In this document: positions 12,911 through 24,110 of the stretch, one piece after another
Numbering within the stretch: position 1 is the first letter of the stretch
Layout: each line of letters begins with the position of its first letter
NCBI RefSeq assembly: GCF_001194135.2
Contig: NC_068984.1
Location: 122,206,996 to 122,270,995 of the forward strand
Length of the DNA stretch: 64,000 bases
Direction of reading: 5' to 3'
Origin: Octopus bimaculoides
Lineage: Eukaryota
The notes under the pieces: model-generated
Databases searched by the model: none
Told to the model about the DNA's origin: nothing
What the model saw: the letters and a program-made list of their open reading frames with translations, nothing else
Program-made: the position numbers and the translations under genes

Positions 12911-13429
12911 ATCAACGAATGTTTGTTTTCCATTCTGGTATGGGTTGGATCATTTGACAGCTGGTGAACCAGGGGATTGCACCAAGCTCCAGTTCCTACT
13001 TTGACATAGCTTCTTTGGTTCGATGTCCTTCCTAACACCAACCACTTCACAGAGAGGACGAGATGTTTTTTATGTGGCCCTGGCACAAATGAGTAACCAA
13101 GTAACTTGTAAGACAAGATTGCTTAACTGAGTGGGAAATGGTATTAAAGGAGGTGGCTTTATACCGGATAATGAGGTTAAGGTATAATAGAGGGACAAGA
13201 CTAGGTGTCTTGCTGTTGGGGAGATACATGGTTACTCCAGTTGGAAAAGAGATGGTGAAGGTGTATTAGGACTTACTCTCAAGTTGCAGGAAGGTGAATA
13301 TAAATGGTATGGGTAGGGGATAGAGGGAAATGCAATGAGTGGTAAACATGGGTGGAGGTGTGGTCAGTCTTGAATATCTTTGGTATATCCAGTTTGTTTT
13401 AACCATGTATATTGATGGGTTTATATGCA

Positions 13430-14052
13430 GTGTGCTTGTGCATAGTTAAGGAATGTGTACAGTTGCTGACAGAACTTCAGAGTTGAAATGCGCAGTACAT
13501 AAGGCTCTTCCTTCTTTTTAATGAGGCTAGTATGCTCCGCTGGATGTGTAATGTAAGTGTACATGTTTGACAGTGCTTGTGCTTTGAGAGAGAAGTTAGA
13601 CACAAGAGGAATTAGTTGCTGTGTGCAAGAGCGGAGACTGCTCTGGTTTGGTCATTTGATGTGGATGGATGCCGACAGCTCCATAAAGAAGTGCCAGTTT
13701 CTCAAAGTAGATGGAATACATGGAAGTAGGAGACCCAGGAAGACATGACATGAAGTGCTGAACCTTTCAAGTGAGATGACAAAGGACCGAGATGCCTGGC
13801 ACTTTGTTGTACTCTGTAGCCGAAGTGTTAAGACTGGTCCCCCTGGTGGTGAGGATTGATCTGCAAGAGTCCTGTGCCAGTGTCACATAAAAGCACCCAG
13901 CACACTCTGTAAAGTGGTTAGCGTTAGGAAGAGCATCCAGCCATAGAGACCATGCCAAATCAGACTGGAGTCCAGCAGAACTTGCCAGCTTCGGTCAAAC
14001 TATCCAACCCATGCCAGCATGGATAACGGATGTTAAATAATGATGATAATGA
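13430..14052 (+). mobile_element. RTE LINE 3' end relic with tail
   Basis: EKLDTRGISCCVQERRLLWFGHL...GSRRPRKT followed by the conserved tail and (GAT)n. Confidence 0.8.
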
Positions 14053-15599
14053 TACATATTGTGGACTTAATGTTTACATTCATCATATCAGTGTGTTGGC
14101 TAAAAATCTGTTGCTATATCTATAAACAGTATATTGTATGTGTGTATGTAATAATATTATAGTATGTAATTAGATATATATATAAAGTGTATAAATATTG
14201 TTTTAACATCTACCTTTCCATGCTTGTATGGGTTAGACAGACTTCACTGAGGGAGATTTTCTACATCAGGATGTCCTATCTGTCACTGACCCTCACCTGT
14301 TTCCAAGTTAGGTAGTATTTCTCCTTGGCCATACGTTCTTCACAGAGGTCTGGAAATGAACAACATTGCTTGTATGATGGTGATGCTTCTTTACAACCAT
14401 CATATAATGTCAAGACAAGGATACACATAAACATACACATATATGTATATACAAACACACACACACAGCAGGCTTCTTTCAGTTACCATCTATCAAATCC
14501 ATTCAAGTTTTTGGTCTGCCCAGGCTTTAGTAGGTAACACTTGCCCAAGTGCTATGTTGTGGGACTGAACCTGAAACCACATGAAAAAAACAGTCATACT
14601 CAGATAAGAAACTATGCAATATGCAAAGCCGAGAAATTTTAAACAAATAATCTGAAGACTTTTTCCATGCACAGGATTTCTAAGGTGTAGAATATTTTAA
14701 ACTTAACAACTGCCCTAACACCTAATGGATACGTGAACTGGCTCTTTATAATCAGTCTTAATTTATTATGTTCTTTTTATTAGGCACAAGTTTTGATTTA
14801 TTATATTAGTTTTCATCTTACAATTTCTGTCCCCTCATATATTCAAATTTTTCCCAGTTACTGTACTTTTCCCCCTAAAACCTATAAAAGGTCAAACACA
14901 AATTAGTTTTCATTCTGTTTCAGATATTTGGATTTCATAATTTAGTAACAAATAGTCTTTTTTAGTGTGTTGATATTGTTGCACCTATCAGTATATTATA
15001 TACATCCCTTCATTCTTCTCATATTTATTAAAAAACAGATATATGTCATACCACAGTCACTAATAACAATATTTTCTTCCTCTTCACCTAGAGGCCAACC
15101 AATTTAGTTGCATTCCTATAACTACTACTTCATTTGCTCCCCCAGTACATTGTTTACACTCTTAATTAATTCAAATTTTACTGACTTCTCAATGCACAGA
15201 TAATGTCTGCAATTAACCACCAGCCTATCCCATCCAAGCCATAACTTTCAAGCACATGTACCTAAAACTTCTCTTGCTTTCAAATGAATTTTAAAGACAA
15301 GGAAACCCATAATTTTAATAAACATTTTTCTGTGTATGTGGTGGGATAATTAAAGTCAACTAGTTTGGACACTATGACAACAATATTAATATCTGCTTAT
15401 GCTCCACACTGTGTTGGCAGATGAACAGAACAACAGATTCTATGAGATTGTCATGTACCTTCATGATGAATGGCAATGACCTTATTGTCAAAGCTTGAGA
15501 CTTTGACAGATACATTGAGTTGCCACATGATGGATTCTTTAGTGTGCATGGAGGCTTTGGCTTTGTTTTGAGGAACAAGGTGGGAACAAGTTTCTTGAA

Positions 15600-15862
15600 T
15601 ACAGTTCTATATTTAAGAAATGAGGAATTATGTACATTATTTACATTTGACGGATACTTGTCTTCATCTTGTTTGTTAACACATTTCGGCTGATATACCC
15701 TCCAGCCTTCATCAGGTGTCTTGGGGGAAATTTTCGAACCTGGGTTCTCATTCCTAAGGTATTTTTCGATGTTATTATTATTATTATTCAGGTCGCTGCC
15801 TGGAATTGAACTCGGAATCTTGGGGTTAGTAGCCTACACTCTTAACCACTACACCATATGCC
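15600..15862 (-). mobile_element. tRNA-headed SINE-like element carrying a hammerhead-like core
   Basis: Minus strand: GGCATATGGTGTAGTGGTTAAG (A box)...GAGTTCAATTCC (B box), (AAT)n linker, body, then GACAC-CUGAUGA-A-GGCUG..CAGCC-GAAA-U-GUGUU. Confidence 0.75.
15678..15720 (-). ncRNA. Degenerate minimal hammerhead ribozyme core
   Basis: CUGAUGA and GAAA cores, stem II GGCUG/CAGCC, stem I GACAC/GUGUU. Only 1 nt lies between GAAA and stem I', so helix III and the cleavage triplet are missing in this copy. Confidence 0.6.
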
Positions 15863-15919
15863 TGTGGGCTACTAACCCCAAGATTTTGAGTTTGATTCCA
15901 GTCAGAAATGTTGTCCACG

Positions 15920-16715
15920 AAGACATCAGATACAAGTCTTAAATGATGAGGAAAGGTCAATTTGTCTGAAAAAGCAAAAGAAAATCACTACAGATCTAAA
16001 AGGCTCTGAAACAAATTAAAAAATGCAGCAGCAGAAGATTTGATTTGGTTTTTCTGAAATGAGAAAAACTTCGACCAAGATCAAAAAGATGACAGATGGT
16101 TATGTGCAGACCCTTTTGAAGTTCCAAGTGTTATGCATATAAAATTACCTGCAACTGTCATGGTTTTAGGGGTTGTCAGCAATGAAGGACATGTGATACC
16201 TCCTTACTTCTTTCCACAAGGCCTTAAAGTTAACTCTGCCACCTCCATTGAGGTCCTGGAAATAATTAAGCCCTGGATAGACAGTGTGTGCAATGGAAGG
16301 CCATATGTGTTTCAGTAAGATTCTGCACTATCATACATGGCTCTAGTAACACAGCAATGGGTGGCTGAAAATTTTCATGATCACATAACCCCTAACATTT
16401 ACCCTCCTAATTCCCCAGATCTCAATCCACTGGACTATTATATGTGGAGCATTGTTGAGAGGTCAATGAACACATCCATAACACCAAAGATTCTTTGAAA
16501 GCTGCCAGTCAGAGTAATGTCCAAAATGAACCAGGACCACTTGATTCAAGATGATTTAGATCTCATATAGAAGCAGTTGTTGAAGCTGAATGTGGTTTTA
16601 TTGAATAACATTATAGAAAAGGTTTATTTTTATCCTCATACCATTTTTTGATAAATAAAGTTATCTTTTTTTTTTTTGATAAACATAAATCTGTCCTCAA
16701 ATATCCTACGCAGCC
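15920..16715 (+). mobile_element. maT/ITmD37D-like transposase relic
   Basis: PATVMVLGVVSNEGHVIPPYFF...WIDSVCNGRPYVFQ*DSA...PPNSPDLNPLDYYMWS. Confidence 0.8.
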
Positions 16716-17949
16716 TATATATATATATAAATGAATAACTCCTTTTAGATTCTTGTATAGATGATGAAACAAGAAGTACTCTTTCTAGATCAAGCAGTAC
16801 TATCAGTCTTATATATTTATGTACATAGTTACATGTGCAGTTGATTCTTTTGAAAATTCATTGACCATTCTATTTTGTATTTTTTATTGTTTACTATCTG
16901 TGTTAGCTTGCAGTTTGACTGCTGTAATATGAGGGCTTACATGATCCTATAGCATTTTTCATCATGTAGTAAATCAAGCTCCCAGCTCTAAATTTGAAGA
17001 TGGTCCTGTGAAATTCATTAATTTGTTTACAACATGTAGGCAGGCTCCAGTGGTATTTGTTGCTGTTTAACCCAATCTGTGTTCTGGTGTAGAAGACCTC
17101 AAAGTATTCTTCACCATCATATCTTTTTATGTCTAGTATTACATTATCCAATATTTTTATTTTTTGTTTTTGTTTTTCTTTTTTTAAAGTCTGATTTGAA
17201 GAAGTTGCAGGCATGGCTGTGTGATTAAGTTTGCTTCCCAACCATGTGGTTTTGTGTTCAGTCCCACTGCATGGCACTGTGGACATCTACTCTAGCTCTA
17301 GGTTGATCAGTTTTGTGAGTAGATTTGTTTGGCAGAAAATGAAAGCAATTTGTATATACATATGTATATGAATGCGTGTGTGTGTTTGTCTCCTTGAGTT
17401 GAGACTGTGTAAATGAGTGTCACTGTCATACAAACAATGTCACTCATTTCTAATTTTTGTGAAAATATGTTAGGCCATCGGGGAAATATTACCTTACTTG
17501 GAAACAAGTGAGGGTTAGCAGGAGGAGGAGCATCCAGCCATACAAAATCAACCACAATAAACTTTGTCTAGCCCATGTAATCATTGGAAGGTGGACTTTA
17601 AAACAATGATTTGTAGATGATTTGGCTGCTATTTCTAGCAAATTATGCAAACGGTGATTCTGTCATTGGCTTCTTGAACTCCAGTATCCCCTCCCCACTT
17701 TGTCACTGAATTTGTGTTGGAGTCAGTATTTACAGATGGGGGAAGGATATCTACTAGCATGCATTGTGAGTAATATAATTGTATGGCTTATGTATGAATG
17801 TGTGTGAATAAAGTATCTGTGGTGTGTGTGTATTTAGGCTATATAAATATTTAATCTACTGTATATTTTTAATTATATGCATGTAATGAATATGTCATTT
17901 ATACATTGTGCATATACATTAAGTGTATAAAATAAATATATATATGGAT

Positions 17950-18637
17950 ACGTAAGCTCGCAAGGAATGAAGCCAGTATGCTCCGTTGGATGTGTAATGT
18001 CAATGTGAATACCCGTCAGAGTGTAAGTATCTTGAGAGAAAAGCTGAACATTAGAAGCATCAGTTGTGGCGTGCAAGAGAGACGATTGCGCTGGTATGGA
18101 CATGTGGTGAGAATGGAGGAGGATAGCTGCGTGAAAAAGTGCCACACCCTAACAGTTGAGGGAACCCGTGGAAGAGGTAGGCCCAGGAAGACCTGGGCTG
18201 AGGTGGTGAGGCAAGACCTTCGTACATTGGGCCTCACCGAGGCGATGACTACGGACCGAGACCTTTGGAAATGGGCTNNNNNNNNNNNNNNNNNNNNNNN
18301 NNNNNNNNNNNNNNNNNNNNNNNNNNNNNNNNNNNNNNNNNNNNNNNNNNNNNNNNNNNNNNNNNNNNNNNNNNNNNNNNNNNNNNNNNNCTTGTGCGGG
18401 TGGCACATAAAAGACACCATTTCGAGCGTGGCCGTTTTCGTGCGGGTGACACGTAAAAGCACCCACTACACTCTCTGAGTGGTTGGCGTTAGGAAGGGCA
18501 TCCAGCTGTAGAAACTCTGCCAAATCAGACTGGAGCCTGGTGTTGCCATCCGGTTTCACCAGTCCTCAGTCAAATCGTCCAACCCATGCTAGCATGGAAA
18601 GCGGACGTTAAACGATGATGATGATGATGATGATGAT
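17950..18637 (+). mobile_element. Young 5'-truncated RTE LINE 3' end (with internal gap)
   Basis: MLRWMCNV...VQERRLRWYGHVVRM...GRGRPRKTWAEVVRQDL; intact 3'UTR with ccatgctagcatgg palindrome and (GAT)n tail; CpGs retained. Confidence 0.92.
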
Positions 18638-21600
18638 ATATATCTTGTTCTCTGAATTCCAAATGAGAACGTCCAAACTAGTGAATAATGAAGGCCCGTC
18701 CCATTAACAAACCATGTGAAGGTTTTGTGGAGTAGGAACAAAGTATATCTTACTTCCTTAGTTTACCAGAAATACTATTTTTTGTTGAGAATTTTAATTA
18801 ATTAGACCTACACCTTCCTGTGTTGCTAGTAACACTAACCATGTCATTTTCTCATGACAATATTCTTCCACACTTTGTTTTCATTTTATTTGGTTCATTT
18901 TCATATTTAATTTTTTTTTTCTCTGAAAAATCTGAATGCTCTTTCAATTCAATAAAATTGTAAGATTGCATAATGCTAATTAGCAAATATGTTGTGAATT
19001 TTGTATTATCTTGTAAAATGTAAAACTATGTAGGAAAGGACATGTGTTGTATTAACAACTTGGAAGAGTAATGTTTAGAGAGTATCTATCTATCTGTCTA
19101 TCTATCTATCTGTCTATCTATCTGTCTATCTATCTATCTATCCATCCATCCATCCATTCATAAGCTTCTTTCAGTTTCTATCTAACAAATCTACTCAAAA
19201 GACTTTGGTCAACACATGGTTATAGTAGAAGATGCTGTGTTTAAAATGTTTAACTTCATACCTGGAGCAATCTTTTGAGTCATATTTTAGGATATCCCAC
19301 TTGATTAGGAAGTTATTTGCTAAAATGTTTCTGGGTATTATTGGTCTGCCTAGTACAACTTAGAATTTATCCAAATTCCATTGGAAGGTCATTTCATCTT
19401 TCATTTCTTTTGGGATAATGTTGAATAAGGCAGTGCTGAATGAAGTAAAGAAGTTGTGCAATGTTTTGTGATGTGAGCTTAATTTTTGTATAGGACGTAT
19501 GGTATGGTGGCCAAAAATTTAGGTGAACTTTTGCGTTTGAAGATCTCTGGACTAAGAACTTTCCAGTCCAAAAATCTATGAACACATTGTGTGGGCCATA
19601 TTAATTTTATTGTTGATGTGTGCATTCCATCTTGGGTTGTTGTTCAAATATATGAGAATGATGTAGACTCCTCTGATGTGAATCCGATAAGGTTCAAAAA
19701 CCAATCAAGGCTGTTCTTCATTTTTTCAACCTCCAGAGAAATAGTTAAATTTGCTGTTTATATATCTTCTGCATAGGTTATGTATATTACATGTATTATA
19801 TGCATACATAAACACACACACATGTACGTACGTGTGTGTGTGTGTATATATATATACACACACATACACACACACTGATTTGAAGTTATAAGAATTTAAG
19901 AATAACAAGAGAACATTTACTGAGGATGTGGTGGGTACCTGGTAATGAGTAGTCAAATTTGATGTAAATTTCATGGATTGGGACATTATAATTCACTCAC
20001 TCACTAATACATTAAGCTAAAACAGGAATTTTTTTTAAATTGGAAAATGTTATGCTTAGTATATTACTACGTCTTGTTTCATTCATCTACTACATGCTTT
20101 CTTCAGATGTTTTATTTACTGTAATGCTCTAACTCCTATTCTGCATTACTTTCTCTAAGACGAGGCTGGTTACTTAGCAAAGCCTTGTAGAGCTGACTTA
20201 GTAGTAACACCCACACATTCACATTTGATGTTGCTCATTGAACATAGCTGTCTGAGTGACTATTGAGGGTGGGGGTGGTTGTTTTGAATATGAAATTACT
20301 ATTCAATGTTTTGCCCCACTTAGTTTTCTTTTTTATTCCACTCCCTCTTTTTGACATTCTGCCTACATCAGAAGGTGAGGAGAAAGTTCAAGATGTGGAT
20401 TATACTGAATGCCTGAACATACATGCATACATACACTCACACATATACACTCATTTAATGAGAAATCGCACACAAATTACTCTTTCTGCGTGATATCTCT
20501 CTATCATCTTGATGTCACCACAACATAAAATTCAATACAGAACAGTTTTTTTTGGGGTTTTTTAATATCAAATTATCAAATATATTTCTGTATCACTATT
20601 TAGTGTGTGAGAAAGCATTCAACCTTCTTCATACGTTTTTCTTTTAATATCTTTCTAAACCTATCAGTATTTTATAAATAGACTTCAGGACAAGGAATGC
20701 TATTCCTCCCTATGTCATTATTTCAATTATTTAATCATCACCATCATCAATAAGAGTAAAAATATTGTTAGTGGCATAAGTAAATTATGATAAGCTGTTG
20801 TTGTAAACGTTTAATTAAAAATCAGAAATTTTAATCTGAATTATTGCTGACAAATTATATTTTGGTTTTTCTTTTTTCATCATTTAAAATAAATAGACCA
20901 CCTCTGTCATTCAGTTATATAGATATATGTTTAATATATGTTCGTAAAATACCTTTGGCAGCATTTGATTAACGGTTTTAATGTAAAGAAAACATTCATT
21001 ACATATGAATTAATGTTTATTGTATGGAAATTTATGTAACATATATGTATTCATCAAAATTGAGTTTGCTGAAATGTATAATTTCTTTAAACGTCATTTA
21101 TTTTGATGTCAGCATTTTCTTCTATGTGAATCGTTTCACTTGGTTACTATTTCCAAAACCCAAATCTTTTACAATATATTGCATGTCACTAACCAGTGTG
21201 TATAGATCTTATGAGAAATTATCAGTAATTCAGTTAATTTAATTTAATTTTATTTTATCCATTAGATTCATCATGAGTAACCTTCCTGCTTTTACAAGTT
21301 TTTTTTTTTTTTTAACTGTTTAAAAGTTACTCATTTGAACATCTAGTTATCTTTAAAAATTAGTGTATTAATTAAGACCTGTTTTTATTGAAAAAAAAGC
21401 TTTATTTAAATTAGCCATTTATAAAGTAAGAGCATTAGATTTGTATTTTAAATATTCTTGTGACACACTGGCTAGTTCTCCGTGTTAATTAGAAACCATT
21501 ATTCTAAGATTTTCTATCAGCTCTGATTAAATCAGCTTAGTAACAGAACCTATTTATGCAATTCTGTCTTTAGGTCAGGGCTACATGAATCACTTGTTTC

Positions 21601-22639
21601 AACAGTGTTATTTTGCTGATTGAAATGTCACTCTGATTGCTTGTGTAGTATTATCTATGTTGGTCTCTGACCACAAAATGCTTAGATTTAGCTTTGTTCA
21701 AACAGTTTCAGTCATTTTGAGATATTTTCCTTTCAACCAACAACCTGATGGGAATTATATGGTGCTCTACCTGAATTGAAAGTAACTAATAATTGATCAG
21801 TAAGTTCTGATTCTGTCATGTTGCATCCATTAACTAGTGCAGTTAATGATTATATTTTTAACTTTCATGTGAAGTGCACCTGAAATTTTAAACTTTCTAT
21901 GCTAAATGCACCAATAATATTTTGTTTGATCTTCAAAGTGTCATGAAGCAAATGATCAAGAACCACTGGTTGAGAGACTATGTGAAGTATCAGTTTGTAC
22001 AGAGGGAAAAATTAAAGCTGAATAGATTTGATAAATTGGCTGCCTCTATATTTAGTAATTGCTAGACAGTTATTTTTGGTCTATAATAAAGATATAATGA
22101 GCATAAAACAAACAAGGCGGTAAAATCAAGGTTTTAATTTTCATTTATCACACTAAAATCCTATTCATTTTCGTTCATTCCATCCCAGCTGATTCATCAG
22201 CTGATTAGTATAATTCTTTCAGTTAACATCACTTGACAAGAACATTTTTAATATTATTTATCAATCTATCCAAGAAACTTCTTGTTAAAAAATTTACTTA
22301 CATCATTGTCAAAAGTTTATCTGCTTCATTTTCTATAGTCATAATTGTTGATACCCTCAGAAAAGTTAATATTAAGATTTCAAGTATATATTTCATTTTT
22401 AGAGCAGTTTTTTTTTTCCAACTTTTTTTTACCTATTCATTTTTAGAATTGAAACTGAAACTCTTTGATAATTTGACATGAATTAATAGTGAGAGCTTAA
22501 AGTTTTAATATTTTGTTGAGTGCTGTAAAAATACTGTTTTCATAATATTTTATGATTACAATTCCTGTGGAAAGTTATTAATTGTACAAAATTTCTTCAG
22601 TGAATTAATTGGATAATATTTTTCATGGATGTTTCTGAA

Positions 22640-23040
22640 AAATTGACTCACAACTGATTTCTTTGAATGTTTTCTAAGCCAGGATGAGTATTGGGTTCAT
22701 CACTTTGAGCCAGATACAAAGAGATAATCCCTGCAGTGGAAACACCCCCTCCTCACCTACTCCAAGGAAAGCCATGGTCATTTCGTCTGCTGAGAAGGTG
22801 ATGGTCTCAGTGTTTTAGAGTGCAAAAGGCATTGTGTTTATTGACTATCTTCAAAAGAGCCACCCATGCTAACTTGCTGAGGCAGTTACAAAAGGCTATC
22901 AAGATCAAATGCCCAGGAAAATTGACGAAAGGGATCTTGTTTCATCAGGACAGTGCTCCAGCACACAAATCTTACGTTTCAATGGCTGCTGTGCATAACT
23001 GTGGCTTTGAACTGGTTGATCACCCTCCCTTTTCTCAGTT
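22640..23040 (+). mobile_element. mariner transposase relic
   Basis: DEYWVHHFEP...KVMVSVF...GILFHQDSAPAH...LVDHPPFS. Confidence 0.85.
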
Positions 23041-23269
23041 TTTTTTTTATAACATTTATTACATGACCACAGAGTTCAGATGGTATTTTGATTGTATTTA
23101 TTTTCTTATGAATCCAAGGAAAAGAAATTATTCTCAAGGACTATTTATATAAAGAAAATTGATATTGTGGTATAAGTTTTCAATTCTACATTCGCTTATC
23201 TAAAATTGCATCATGGCTACGTATTTGCTTTATTTGTCAAGTTACAGCAAAAGCAGCTTAGCATCCAAA

Positions 23270-24110
23270 GTAGAGGCCATCATGTTTTACTGTCTGAAAC
23301 CACCTTTCTGCTAGTTCTTTGATCCCATTCTGATACCAGTTCTTGTCTTTCAAGATGAAAAACTCCTTCACTGAAGCTTCCACCCCCTCTTGGTTGATGA
23401 AGCATCATGTGCGCAGGAAGTGAGTCATGTTTTGGAACAAGTTATCCAAGTGAGTTAGGTCTGGACTTCGATTCCCTCAAGTTTTTGGAGTTTATTCCAG
23501 ATCATTCAAGCTGTATGTGTTGACTTGCTGCAGAAGAGCTTGCTTTCTGTTAACCAATGCCAGGTATTTTTGCTGCGCAATGGCATACAGCTGTTCAGAA
23601 TGTAGATTGACATTGTTGGTTTGACTGTCCAAAACAAACTTGTAGTGCATTATCCTCTCATAATTCCACTAGATGCAGAGCATCACCTTGTGTTTGAAAC
23701 ACCCATTGCTTGGCAACAGGTTCTAGAAGCTGGCCCTTGCTTAAGGATTGTGGGAAAATATCCACTTTTCATTGCACATTATTATCCTCTTAAGGAAACA
23801 CAGATCATATAGGTTTTCTAGGAGTTCCTTGCAATCGTCCACCTGCCTCTATGTTGGGGTCAATTCATGAGACACAATTTGGCAACTCTGGATGCTTTTG
23901 CCAAAGTTGTGGAGATGATGAACCACACTGGACTGTGAGATGCCAAGCTCACCTGATACCCTCCAGGTGCTACCCACTGGATTTGCCTCTATGACTTGGT
24001 GTACAGCCTTGGAATCCATGGTTTTAGGCATACCTGATCTTGCCTGCTCATCGAGGTTCTTGCAACCGGAATGGGTGAAATTTCTCAAACCATTGTGTGT
24101 GTCTTTGGGT
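23270..24110 (-). mobile_element. mariner transposase relic
   Basis: N-terminal RSGMPKTM...ELGISQSSVVHHL...IVSHELT; C-terminal RSPDLT...FQNMTHFLR...VKEFF..KDKNWYQNG. Confidence 0.78.

Noticed and set aside
15791-15862. Genuine tRNA gene
   Set aside because: A and B boxes are present, but I could not build a convincing cloverleaf and it runs into a repeat body; treated as a SINE head. The same holds for the B-box-like motif near 4105-4125.
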